Positions 13,001 through 26,500 of a DNA stretch of 58,095 nt are shown piece after piece. Position numbers and translations under genes: made by a program. Location of the stretch: positions 1-58,095 of the forward strand of contig JAHLWZ010000140.1 of NCBI GenBank assembly GCA_020536535.1, written 5' to 3'. The DNA is from Pelomyxa schiedti. Its lineage: Eukaryota; Protista; Evosea. Numbering within the stretch: position 1 is the stretch's first letter; each line of letters begins with the position of its first letter. The notes under the pieces were generated by a model, which saw nothing but the letters and a program-made list of their open reading frames with translations, searched no databases and was not told where the DNA came from.

Positions 13001-13750
13001 GTCGTCATATCGGGCGAAATCGATGGCTTTCCCGTCGTCGTCACTGCCTGGGTCATCCTCACAGTGAACATCGGTCTGCTCGTCATCACTGTATTCCATT
13101 AGTTTTGATCAAAAAAGAAGATAGGACTTACCCAGAAATTCCAAGACTTTCAGACACAATTTTTATCTGTCGAAGGGTCATTTGCAGTGCATAAAAGTAC
13201 AAAGTACGAACATTAAGAGTATATATCGTATGCCGTGATAATTTCTTGGGAACTTGCAAGACACGGGATTCCGAACTGCCTGCAAGGCTCCCATACTCAG
13301 CCAAATTGATTTTAGTCTTTCCCAAGGTTGATTTTCTTCTTCCCTTATCCTAAATTATATTGTGGTTAAATGACAGTCTTGAATAAATCCCATTTTTGCA
13401 TTCCTTTTCGGCTTCCCTTAATTAACTCTGATATATTCTTCACTTAGAAACAAACAACAAACGAAAACACAAGGAAAAAACCAATTCCACACCTCACATA
13501 TTGAAATTGCCATGTACTTCTCCTCGTAACCCGTGGCGTTCCTGAAAAGTGTTCCCAGAATGATCACGCTGTGGTTCCACTCCGCAGTCCCGTTCTTGAC
13601 CGGCACAGTCTTGGTCACCCCCGCGTTCTCGCCCTTGCCGCCGCGCTTCCACGAAACGCACGCCTGCACGCCCTCGGGCAAGTTGCCGGCAGACACCAAC
13701 GTCACCTTGAACCTCAGTTTGACGCTCTCTCGCTTGTGCCGTGTTGCCAT
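10005..13750 (-). CDS. NT-C2 (EEIG1/EHBP1-type) + coiled-coil + Dilute (DIL) domain protein, spliced
   Basis: N-terminal FKVTLVSAGNLP...VSWKRG...AEWN (NT-C2). Long heptad region at 11.5-12.6 kb. DIL motifs QFFCQILFWINTLVFNHLI and IRLGLSRLDEF...CVQAANLMVIDK...LNVAQIAAL. Stop at 10005. Confidence 0.8.
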
Positions 13751-15229
13751 TTACTTGGGTTCGGTGCTGGATGGAGCTGATGCTGCTGGCACAGACGGCT
13801 GTAAATTGGGGATTGTGGGTGGTGGGTGCGGTTTGTTGTTGATGTTGCTGGTGTGGTGGCGACGAGGGCGAAACGACAACCACCGCAATAAGTTTTCAGT
13901 TTTTGGTTGGTTTTAGTGCCGTTTTTCCACTCTTTTTCCCTTCCTGAAAATGATGTTTTTCTTTCAGAAGAGTGGGTCCTCTCATACACGGTGTCCCCAC
14001 TCTACGATCCTTGTATTACGAAAGAATCCGTGGATAGGCCCTCCGTCTTCTGAAGAAAAACCAACAACCTGATTTACCCACCCTCAATGCACAGAGTGGA
14101 TAATACAAACCAGTTTTCAGCAGGGGCAACGTTTGTGCAGGTGGTGGTTGTGGTAGGGGCCAGCTGTACTTCAGTCCCCGCCGTCCTCTTACCGGTGGCG
14201 GTGCCGTACTTAGTGCCACTAAGTGCTGGTGTTGTTTTTGTTGGTGCTGATGCACTGGGCCCGGTTGTGGCTGGAGTCGTCGGAGTGGGAGCGGGCCGGG
14301 ACTCGGTCTCGGGTCCTGGTCCTGGGCTTGTCCCGTACCGTACGTCGTCACTGTGGCGGGGGGGGTCGCTCCTGACGCACCACGAGCGAGTTCTGCTGTC
14401 GGGCGGGAGGGGCCGATGGTGAGCACCGCACGCTGACGGGGCTCGCGGGCAAAAAAAAAAAAAACTTGCAGCGAGTGTGGAGCTGGATTCGAATTCAACA
14501 AGCCCAATTACAGCAGCAGCAAGCAGTTCAGGCGAGATAGGGCAGTCTTCAAACCCAGTAGTTCAGCCAACTATTAATTATTAATGGCACCCACTTTGCT
14601 TGATATCTAGGCCGTTTCCAGAGCACTCAATCCGCCATGTGCGGTTCCTTCACCATCAATGATCATCGGCAACTTTGTTGGAAAGACAACAAAAAAGAGA
14701 GGTGAAGGTCTGTGATCATCCAAACAACGGAAGAAGAGTTTTTCTGTTGGTTCTGAACCAGCCTTATTGCCAGCCTTGTTGTCACACAAAAGTAGCAGCT
14801 TCTCACACACAGGGATAGCAGCCCCATGATAGTGCTTACATGAATCAAGATCCAATTGATGTTCATCTGGCACACCAAGATGAAATTGATGCGTTTTGTC
14901 AACTAAATGATGAGCACCAAGGGACTATGCTTGTGGCTGGGGGGATTGCAGTGGTGAGGCAAAGGCTGAGGAGAACCAGAGGTACTTCAGCAAAGTGATC
15001 AGCCCTACAAGTGCTTTTCCATAAAAGGAGTTACATAGGTGCTTCCACTGAAGTGAGATAAAGAGGAACAAAGTGTCTATTTTTGTTAATCTGGTGAAAG
15101 GGTGTAAGCCTAGGTTTTGCCCCTCAATACTGATGAGACAGCACAGTATCAGATTTCATTGAATTCCCAGAAGTATATGAGGAGCACAATAAAGAAGAGA
15201 TAGGAAACCACACAAAAGTGGCTCACTTT

Positions 15230-16060
15230 TGTGTGGAGAATACTGCTGCTGTTCTGTAAAGGGGCATTGTTCACTGGAGTGTGCAGCCAGAAAATCATCT
15301 GCCTTAATGTTGGGAGGAAGCCTGCTCAGAGTGTGTCACGGCAGTTCAAAAGCCATGAGCAATTTTGAGACCTCTTGGAATTACCCTATCCCAATGGCAG
15401 GAAGATGTCACTGGGGCCCACACAGCAGCATTGCAAGTGGGGAAGTGCTCAAGATAATTGTCTCAATCAGACCTGCCAACAGACACCAACACAATGTACA
15501 AACTCAAGATATGAGGTGTCCAGAAAACTACAACAGAATCTTGTGAATATTATGATGTCACTTCCTCTGGTGATTTTATGGTGGAGAAACTGCTCAGGAC
15601 AGATTCCAATGCAGCTGCCTTCAGCAAGTGCAGTACCAGATACACAACTCCATGCCACAGGAACAACAACCTCATCATTGACTTCAAGTGGTTCTTCTGT
15701 AACACCAACAAACATGGTTATGAAGGTACTTTTCAACTGCTCAACAGACAATACTGTGGCAGAAATACATGTTTGAGTGTGTGGTCCTCTCCTTGGTTCC
15801 CAATCACCCAAATGTGATCCACCCCAATTTTTGTTCCTACTGCATTGCTTTAATTCACCAACTTCTCAAGAAGATACCAAGTGACAAAAAGTATCTCAGG
15901 GAGGAACTGTGTGACCACAAGTCACTGGCAATCACTCTCTCTTCGACCTCATTGGGAATGATGATGAACAACTGGCTCAGAAGGTGGTTGAAGTGGCACA
16001 GAATCTTTTCATTCAAGGACTAAAGGCAATTGACTCACATTTAGTTTGTCATGAACCAAT
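15230..16060 (+). mobile_element. Possible heavily decayed Ty3/gypsy relic (zinc knuckle, connection and RNase H-like fragments)
   Basis: Y-C-C-C-x4-H-x4-C at 15241-15282 (a CCHC knuckle with the first C as TAC), LLRTD..AAFSK..TTP..LIIDF, and KYL..DHKSL..LRRW in shifting frames. The similarity is weak and no RT core is visible. Confidence 0.3.
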
Positions 16061-16314
16061 GTAACAAGTAGGAATGTAGCAAAATGCTCTCCTGCTACAC
16101 TCACACAAGTTCACCCCGACAAATCAGCCAGTGCTGCCCAAGCCATCCAATCACTTGACCCCTCATAAAAAGTGTTTCCCCAGAATCCTTGATCCTCTCT
16201 GTTCCTCGCAGTAAGGTGATTCTGAGGTCAGTTTTCTACCTTTGATTTTTTTTTCCACGTTTGCAAACAAGGAAACGAAGAACCGGGAAAAACACAAAAA
16301 AGCACAGTTCCAAA

Positions 16315-17211
16315 ATGTCATCGGCGGGGGATGCTGCAGCAGGTGACCCAAACACCAAGAAGAAGGTCGACTCGGGGGACAACGAGTCCATCCCATACAG
16401 TGACAGGTTTGACAAAATGATGTCCGCCTATTCCACATGTAAATGCCATGTCTCCAAAACTTTGGTGATTTAATGAAAATGCCTGCGTGCCTGCTTTAAT
16501 CACGCGTGCCTCCTCGATTTTTTTTGTTTTGATTTGGTTGGTGCAATGGGGTGTTCTTTGATTCACTGACTTCTTCTATTCTATGAAACAATATATTTTT
16601 AAATAGCAGGACTTTTGTCTGCTCTGAATGCTGGTTTTGCATTGGGAATTCTTCCAACCGTGATTTCGTTTGAGCCACAAGACACCTTCCATAAGTTATT
16701 ATTGTCAATCTCACGACTACTTATTCTGATCGTTGTACTCTTCAACTCTATGGGTGTGCTGGTGCAATCAATGGTGGTGTTTTATTTTAACCAACTCTAG
16801 TATGTATTTATCCGTTTTTCTCCTTTCTTTCAATACAATTTAACGAGATATTTATCGTACTTTTTATTTAACATATTACCACTAGCCAAAAGACTGATGA
16901 GCGAACAGTAGAAGATTTGAGGGAAATGACAAAGACAATAAGGGAGAGGTCACACCGAGTTTGCCTATATAGCACCCCACTTTTTGCTCTTTCCCTAGGG
17001 CTGTACCTTACAAGTACAGGGTCACACCTCCTGGGAGCAATAGTCATTGGTACCGATCAAATATAAACTTATCAGTGAAGTTTGCCTACACTTACACATT
17101 CTAGGCTCTTCATACTATCTCCTCACAATTTTGAATGAAATCCGGTGGGCCTTTAAAAAAATACTAGCAGATTACAGAAAGAAGCATACTGCAGCTGCAA
17201 AAAAGGATTAA
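16315..17211 (+). CDS. Small four-transmembrane protein, 4 exons, about 200 aa
   Basis: ATG 16315. GT-AG introns join in phase to give STSGLLSALNAGFALGIL / LLILIVVLFNSMGVLVQSMVVFY / VCLYSTPLFALSLGLYL / LLGAIVIGSSYYLLTIL and a basic tail ending at TAA 17211. Confidence 0.7.
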
Positions 17212-17510
17212 GTCTGTACCAATTCTCCATTGGCCTTCTTCCAACTATTTTTCAGGTTGCCTTTTTGCCTAGCAGTGAGACTGAAGTACGTATCTAGTCA
17301 ATATAAAAATAAACCTACAAAAAGAAACCAATACTCCCTGATTTGTGGGCGTAATTCTCTTTGCTATTGATAGTTTTGATAATGTTACCATGGTCATTTA
17401 GTTCTTGGGAGGCAGTCTCTCCCTTTACAAAAAGATACATTCTTTGTTCATTTACGAGACTCCGGTGATTTTTTTTTTTTTTTAGCGTAAAAAAGAATTT
17501 CATCGAAAAA

Positions 17511-20500
17511 ATGCAACCCTCACCAACCACGACACCCAGAGCAACGCCAATTCGCGTAGTCAATGTCAATTGCCCGTCCAATTCCATTGGAAATGGCAAT
17601 AGCAACAGCGCCGCAGCCAATGCAAACGGCGAGCACACCAGCAGCAGTTGCAACTGCAATGGCAACAGAACAAGCGGTGGTGCCATCACTAATGTCGATT
17701 GGAGTGGCTGTGGCGAAATTAGTGCGCGGGACAGGTTGGTGGCGTATCACACCAGGTTGGTCAACGAGAAGAGAATGAAGAAAAAGCTGCAAGAGCAGGA
17801 CATCCAGTTGGTATTCTATTTCAATTCAATTCACACCAATTGGGATTGCGTTTCCACTTGCGCAAAGTTAGAACATGCACAACAACAAAGACAAAAACAA
17901 AACAAAACAAAAGTTGCAATACATCCCATGAAGGAGAGAGATACTGCCAATTTGGTGGCTTTGATTTCTCGTTTTGACCAAAATAAAACAAACAGAGGAT
18001 GAGAAAGGATGTTGAATTGACAGGTGTAGCACGAAAACGGCCTAAGACTTTGGTACCTCTTGTGGTATATTTCATACTTCAATTAGTACCAACTAAGGTT
18101 ATATTTCCAATATTCAAACTGGAAAAAAGATGGAGTATCCAATGGTGTCTAGGTCACTCTTTGTTGGTGCTATCCCCAGCAAGGAGCTAAATAGTATTGG
18201 AGAGAAGCCCAATTGTCAGTCCCTTCAACTGAGAGGAAATACGCATTTCCCCTGTACACCACTGGCATTCAAGTATTACACTCCAGTCCTTCTATACACC
18301 CGTAACTTCAATTGAAACCAGGAACTATATCCAAGAAGGGGTGTGTGAGTCAGATAGTTTAGTGTCCTTTTTCCCACTTGATTATTTTGATGACCTGACA
18401 TTTGAATCTAAGTCTCCCCAGGTAGTCTACCCTATGTAGATATATCCCTCCAAGCACTAATTTAATCTCAGGAATGGCTTAGAAGTAGTTGCCGTGGATT
18501 TACTCGGTGGTACGATACAGAAAATGCATGGCATTGGGTTGAGTGTTCCGTAATTGACTACTCTCTAAAGAGGGACCAATATCTCATTGAATGGACAGCG
18601 GCACAGAAAAGAAAATATGTTTCAAGGTTGTCTCACCTGAAGTCAATATTCCCCTTAGTTTGGTTTTTCCCCTTAGGCTAAACTTACGATTTGTGGAAGA
18701 AGACCCAGAGGTTTTCAACCATAGATTAGTTTGTGCTTTGTTATCTAGGCTTTTCTATGAAACTTTCCTTGTATGTGAGGAAGGGAATGTATTTATTTCT
18801 CAAGGCCGCTTTTGTAGGGGAGGGAAACTAGATTGAATATGAAAAAACTTCACAGTATGCCCCAACTTCCTGACTCAGTATTGGAGGGCATCAAAAAACG
18901 CCTGAAACCAGTGAAAAAACTGAGGCAGGAAACCTTCACACAGTTACAAAACTTGGTACATAACTTTAATAGATAGTTATCTAAACTATACCAGATAAAA
19001 CTGGACTATCAAAGAATTCAAAAGCGCTTAGAGTATAATGTTCGACATCCTCCAGAAGAAGACTTCCCAGAAGCTTTGTGCCCAATACTTCTTGATGTGC
19101 TAAAAGAATCCTGCCCAAAGTAGTTATATTTTCCCTCAGCTTCTATTTGAATCCTTATGCAATCTAGACCAACTGATTCGTTGCTTTGTAAGACAGCAAT
19201 TCCCCCAAGTGATTCTGCATTCACGTTCACAGCAACTTTCTCACTAATATCCACACAACTCCTTCACACATCACACAATATCCTGTGCACTCTGCAAAAT
19301 GTGTGGGCAACATTGTGCGAGCTTCAACCAAAGCGTTTGCTTTGCACAACTGCTCAATTGCATGCTACTCCCATTATGAGCCCTTATGCGAAAAGACCAA
19401 CAACTTTAGCGGACTTCAGAGATGGACAGTCTGCTCTCTGTCAAGCCACCATTGATTATGTAAAAAAAGAGTAAGAAACCCATTGCACCTTGCCAAATAT
19501 TTACAAAGTCAGTGTACAACCAATTATAACTGGGTTTCTCATACATGCTATCAATGAAGAAGCTCACAGTACTGAAAATATGTACTTTGGGAGCAGCGCC
19601 TGCTGCATCAAATTGCTTACATTATGTAATCTAATGCTGTCGGATACACTAAAGGAAATAGTCTTGCTGTCAGGTAGATATTTGACACAACTTATTGCTC
19701 TAATTCCCCCAGTTCAAGGCTATTGCGACTATTTCTTGTCCTATGATCAAGCACTGCAACAAACTGCTGCAGATCTATCAAAATCACCCTCTCAGACACA
19801 CATCCCTACTTGGGTTATGGTACTTTTGTAATTTTTTTCTCCTCTTCTCACTTCTATATTGCAGGGTCAAATACAATTTCCACCCATCTTCTGCTTAAAC
19901 ATAAATTTTCATGAAGGCCGCCTTGTCTTTAATCCTCCCTTACAAGATTTCCTTCATACAGTGTCTCAAATAGTAAATGACATGATACTTTTTACCAAGG
20001 TTTGTGCCTCTACAAACAGTTGTTAGTTAATCTTTCAATTTAGTCTATTCCCTCCATTGAAGTACCAACAATTGATATCAAATATCACCATTCTTTTCTT
20101 GACATACTAGAAGAAAACGATCCTCTTGTGCAGGGCATTGTGTACAAAATAAATCAATGTCTTCGTATCCTTCTCCTTTACTTTGTGAAGAGCCTTTTCT
20201 CCTTTACTCTCTGAAGAAAGACATTTTAGTCTTGCAGAAGCATTCCGCGATTTAATTGCAAAAGAATATGAGCCTCTCCTTACAATCACAGGAGAGTTCA
20301 GCAAAAAAACAGTATAAAAATTCAAGTCATACTCAGAAATAACTCTGATAGGACTCCCTTGCAAGTCTGAAGTTAGAAATTGACAATATTATGCAGAAGG
20401 AAGAAGCACTCAAGTGCAAGTATGCCAACTTTTATTTCTTCAAGATAATTATCCTCTAGACTCGACACATATACTTTACTGGGAATATTTCTTCTTGATT

Positions 20501-23500
20501 GCAAACAAGTAAAGGATAAACTTGCATCAATCTTCAAAAACCATCGCATTGACACCTTGGATAACTTGCACAGACAAGCCTATGATGAATTAACAAGACT
20601 CACACAACTGTTTCTTTCTCACCTATTTTCTTCTCTCTAAAAACCAGTCAGGTATCAAGATACATTTGACATACTAACAAGAAAGCCATCAACTCCCTCC
20701 GAACTTTCCCAAGTTAAAAAGGTTGCAGATAACGTTGTTTCCGAGTTACCACATTGGAATTGCCAGAATGTATCAGTCATGGAACAGTACCAGGCAACTT
20801 TGCTTTCTTTTTAAGGTAATATAAAGGATGAAAAGTTATTAGAAGATTTTGGTTATGATATTTGTTCTGCGGAATTTAATCAAAAATGGAGCCTTCTTGG
20901 TTGGCCCTCCAGGTTGAAGCAAGTACTGTTCAGTGTTGAAAAAAGTTTGTGAGCCTAACTTCCTAATCAACTCATTTTTTGATCCAGTCACCTCCATTGA
21001 AAGAGTGAATATGATTCGGGACCTGGGAGCCAATAAAAAGGTTGACAAACTATTTTTTTCTTCCCTCCCTCACCATGAATAGGCAATGGCTGAACGGCTG
21101 CATAACCTTGATGCAACAATTAAAAAGCTTGAGAAGTTTGGTAGTATTGATCATGCATTAGCCGTAAACACTTTGTGAATTTAACAAAACTGAAACACTT
21201 CCAGGCTGGTGAACAAGTTAGACAGATACAAAAGGAATTAAATGAGGTTTTAGAACAGGCTGAGGCCTTCTGTACCCATGAAAAACTTTTTGACTTGAAA
21301 TCTTCTGATTTAAAGTCTACAGTGCAGCAAGTCCTGAGTGAATTTGAACCGTGTGTCTTTTCTCCTCTAATCCCTCTGAAAGTTTCCAGCACATTTACAC
21401 TATGGTCGTCAGCTTCAAACTGGATCATACAATACAACAATTGGCTGCAATCAGCATTCACATCTCTAAATGTGGAGCAGATGAGCAAATTATTGGCTAT
21501 TTGTTCACAAATTGCCATACGCCTCTTGAAGCAGTTTAAAGGAAAAAAAGAAAGTTTGCATGGTGTGACTGCACAGTATAAACAAAAAGTAAGTGCAAAC
21601 TTCATTTCTTGGGTTGACCTTTCCTAGATTGATGCATTCAAAGTGAAAATGCCTTTACTCCTGAAGCTTCGTCATCAAGGTGTTAGACAAAGGCACTGGG
21701 AGGCCATTGCTCAGGAACTTGGTTTCACATGTGAGTTGTTGCTGTCACTTATTCCTTACCACTATTCAGTGCCGACTGGGGAAAAGTCTCATGAATTTTC
21801 CCTTGGATTTGTACTTAATTTGAACCTCGAAACACACCTAGACACAATTTCCAGAATAATTGATGTTGCCATACATGAGCATACTATTGAGAGAGCTTTA
21901 GACAAGTACTCAAATTGATAGTGCACAACAGTACCAATTTATATAAGGATGAATGCTGAGCTGCGAAATTACACTCTCAAATATTCCAGTTTGAAAGAAA
22001 CTGGGTCCCTTTTCATACACTCCACTGAAGAGCTTCTTGATGTAGTGGAGGATCAATGGATTCGGCTTCAAACGATGCTAACATCTCCCTATATTGAACC
22101 TTTCTTGGTAATGTAATCATCACCTGTTTATTTAACTCTTGGCAGCCTATTGCCAATACGTGGAAGTCCAAACTTGACCAAGTTCGGACTATTATGCTGG
22201 TTTGGGTGCAATTACAAAAGAATTGGATGTATTTGGGTCCAATTTTTAGTTCTCCTGAAATAAAATCTGAGCTTCCTTCTGAAACCAGAAAGTGTGAGAG
22301 CCTTTGTTTTGGAACTTGATTGATTTCCAATAATAGGTTTTTTGCAGTTGATGCCCTATGGAATAAACTTTTAGATTTGGTGAGAGTAAATCCCAAAATT
22401 CTTAGTGTGTGCTCCCGTGAAGGTTTACTCAAGCAGCTGGAGGAATGCAACAAAGTCCTAGAAATGGTGCATTCTGCTCTAAAGGAGTTTCTTGAAATCA
22501 AGCGCGGGCGGTTCAATAGATTCTACTTTCTCTCTAATGATGATCTTCTCACAATTCTGGCTCATGCTAGAGGTATCTTACCTGGGCACCTTCATCATGC
22601 TCACATTTACACTTAGACCCCACATCCATTCAGCCATATCTCAAGAAGTGTTTCGAAAATGTAAATGAGCTTGAGTTTTTATCCAGTGGGTCAAATAATC
22701 AACTAGAAATCCGAAGTGCAGTAAGTTCTGATGGCGAGAAGTTGGTTCTAGAGGAGGTGAGGACTATTCCAATTGGCATCAACTAAGTTTTGAAGGTTGT
22801 ATCAACAGCAGTGAAAGATATAGAAACCTGGCTGCTAGAGTTTGATGCTGCACTAAAGCACACCTTACACCAAAGGTTAAGTCAAGCCCTCGCCTCCTAT
22901 CATCAATCATCACGTGAGAAATGGCTTGCTATGTGGCCAGGTTGCTCTAAGCTAAACTAAATGTGAGACCTTCTAATGAACAGTACAGCACAAATTGTCT
23001 TGTTGGCCAACCAAATAATTTTTACTCAGCGAGTGACAAGGGCACTATCCACACAATCCACTCGTGAGCTGCAAAACATTAAAGTGCAACTAGCAGAAAC
23101 ATTGAACTATATAACCTCTAAGTACTTTTCTCTTTTTTTCCCAGGTTCACTGAAGGATTTAGGTCAAGGGAATTTTCTTTGGAACAAAAAATGACTACCA
23201 GTGCTTTGATTGTCATGGAAGTTCACAATCGTGACATAATTTCTGAACTTCTTTGTGCTGAATATATGAGTGAAACAACCCTGGAGTGGCTCCAGCACCT
23301 GAGGTATTACTGGGAAGAAGACAACTGCTTTGTTAGGATGCTGCAGTGGGAACAGTCTTATGCGTATGTAGTTATGGTAAGGCCTTACAAAGAGTTTCTG
23401 AAATGTTCCACTAGATATGAATATCTGGGAAATACATCCAGACTTGTTATTACGCCACTTACTGATCGTGTATATCGCACTTTGACTAATGCTCTGCACC

Positions 23501-26500
23501 TGAATTTGGGTGGAGCATCTTACGGTCCTGCTGGTACAGGGAAAACTGAAACTGTAAGAGATCTGAGTAAAGCAGTACGGACCACTTCTTGTAACGATTG
23601 AAGAAAGTAAAATCAAATCCCAGGTCGGGAAGATGTGCGTTGTCTTCAATTGTTCAGACTCTCTGGACTATAATGCTGTTGGGCAGATGTTGAAGGGACT
23701 TGCCACAAGTGGTGCTTGGTGTTGCTTCGACGAATTCAATCGTATAAAAGTCGAAGTGTTGAGTGTGATATCTTCACAGATACTAGCAATTCAGCAGGCA
23801 ATTGCTACACAATCTCCTGATCCCACTAAAAAATTCCGGTTTGGTGTATCTGATATAACTCTGAATCCTACTTGTGCTGTGTGTCTGTCCTCTTCTTCCT
23901 GTTCACAGCCAATTTTTGAATAGATTTTTGTCACAATGAATCCTGGTTATGCAGGGAGGAGCGAACTCCCTGATAACTTAAAGGCTCTCTTTCGCCCGGT
24001 TTCCATGACTGTGGCGGACCAAAGAAATGTTTGCATTTTGTATCCCACTGTAGCTCACATTTCATTTAGATAGCAGAGATTTTATTATACTGTGAAGGTT
24101 TCCAGGAAGCATCAAATCTTGCACACCGACTTATTAAATGTCTGCAAATATCCTCTCATTTGCTTAGCAAGCAAAAGCATTACGATTTCGCAATGCGAGC
24201 TGTCAAGGCTGTATTATGCCGAGCTGGGGCCCTGAAAAGAATTTCTCCTAACTTACCCGAGCCTCATCTCTTATGTCAAGCCATCTGTGACACCAATGTT
24301 CCCAAATTTCTGGCTTCTGATTTACCTGTTTGTTGTTTGTGATGTGTTAAGGAGCTGACACATTACTAGATTTTTAAAGACTTGGCCCAAGTACTGTTTC
24401 CAGAGGTAGACATTACCCCTCTTCTGGTTCCACAATCCATTCAACTGCACGCTGCAATATCAGAATGCTCTAAAGAGCTTTTTGGGATTGTTCCCACTGA
24501 TTCCTTTGTTGGCAAATGCATACAGTTATATGAAACAATGATTGTAAGGCATGGTGTCATGATTGTTGGTGAGCCAGCTTCAGGAAAAACTTCTTGCTAT
24601 CGTGTCCTTGCTTCTGCATTGAATAAACTTGCACCCACTGGATTTCTTAGTTTCCAGGTTAATTTTCACTACAACAACAAAAAAAAAGCCTCACTGTTCC
24701 AAGGGAGTCACAATCCACATACTCAACCCAAAGGCAATATCCAATGACCAACTTTTTGGCTATATGACGCCTACTCTGGAATGGGTTGATGGGTTGCTCC
24801 CCAGCATCATTCGTTCATCCGGATCTGTGGATTTGTCTTCCAATACAGTTGACTCATGTGGCTCCCCGTCGCAGCTTTCTGTGGTTCCTGCTTCCACATG
24901 GCACTGGATCGTTTTTGATGGACCTGTGGACTCCCTCTGGATTGAAAGTCTCAACAGTGTTTTGGATGATACAAAAGTTCTTTGCCTCTCAAATGGGGAG
25001 CGTATTATTATACAACCAAATCTAAGGTAGATTTATCTGCAAGGTTCTCCTTTTTTCACATCCATAGCTTCCTATTTGAAGTCCAAGACTTATCTGTTGC
25101 TTCCCCGGCTACAGTTTCGAGATGTGGAATGGTATTTATGAATGCCACTGATCTCCAATGGGACTTGCTTTTCGCAGTTTGTGATCACCCTTTTACATAT
25201 TCGCAATAACATCCCCATGTCCAGTCCTGGTTGAAGAAACTTCCTGGTGATTTAGAATTCCTCATCCCCCATCTGAGCTCTCTTTTCTCCAAGTACCTCA
25301 TGGTTACCCTGAAACGAAAATTAGTGGAGTGTAAATCAATATTTCAATTCAGTATGCTGACTTCCTGTTCAATAATATTTATTTTCTTCCGTTTTTCACC
25401 CACACCAGGCGATCTCATTACCGTGACTCATCTCTTGTGGTTATTAGAAAGCCTACTGCTTCCACTTCATAAGAAAATTCCACCTGCACCAAATGATAAT
25501 GAAGACATTCAACCACACTTCTCAAGACCTCCAAGTTCTAATCCTGGTGCTCTACCTACTCCACCAAAGTTGAATAGTGATGAAATGGGAACGCAAACAC
25601 TATCTCTATGGAGTCAACAGGTAACACACATACCCCCAAGCTTTGTAAATGACCTCTCTCAGTGTAGTGAACTTATTGCACTGTCCAACAGTGGCATTAC
25701 AGAGAAGATTGTTGCTCTTGTCGAGCCCTTCTTTCTTTTTTCCGTTGTTCACACTATTGGATGTGGTATACTCGTCGATTGCCAAAGGCAATTTGATGTT
25801 ATCCTTCGTTCAGCCATGGAAGGTTGTGAAATTCACATTCTGGGTGTGCTCACTTTAGCATTCTAGAAAACAACAGCTGTCACCCATTTCCTCGTGACGG
25901 GTTCGTTTTTGATTACTATTACTCTGTGAAGTCATTTCAGTGGGTCAAATGGAGTACAGAGTGTGGCAAGGGATTTAAGGGGAAACCCACTGACCTGAAA
26001 CCTGTTCCAACACCAGAGTCTCAGTGCCGATACTATTTAATGGAAGCCCTTTTATCAGTTGGAAAACATGTTTATGTATCTGGGGGAAAAAGGGTCGTTC
26101 TTCTAACTTTCTTAGCTGTTTGGGGACAGCGGCATAGGTAAAACAATGGAGACTACTTTCTTCTTGAGGCATTGCTTGGATACATCTGTGTTCATACCTA
26201 AGTTTGCTTATTTGTCACAATCGACATCCCCAAGATCAATTCAGTACCAACTTGAATCTGCTCTTGATAAAAAGAAGTCTTCAATTACCCTTGGTACTTC
26301 CACAGGTTTTATCATATCTCACAACTGTTCTAGGCCCTCCCGCAGGCAAGCAAACTGTTGTAATGCTTGATGACTGTCACACACCCTATACTGCTGAATC
26401 TGGTGCACAACCCCCACTCGAATTACTCAGACAGTACTTTGACCACAATTTCTGGTACAGTGCGAGCAATACACTTCAACCTGTGTCTGGCCTACTATTT

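Noticed and set aside
14485-14494. tRNA T-loop-like GGATTCGAAT
   Set aside because: No T-stem pairing or cloverleaf on either strand; the same applies near 57721.
14016-14507. GC-rich minus-strand ORFs
   Set aside because: Only a Thr/Pro/Ala low-complexity frame without a supported start or domain; cannot be called as a gene.
26204-26333. N-terminus of the 1152-aa ORF ([10 protein letters not shown]...)
   Set aside because: Out-of-frame upstream exon plus a 40-nt intron (26294-26333); not a separate gene start.
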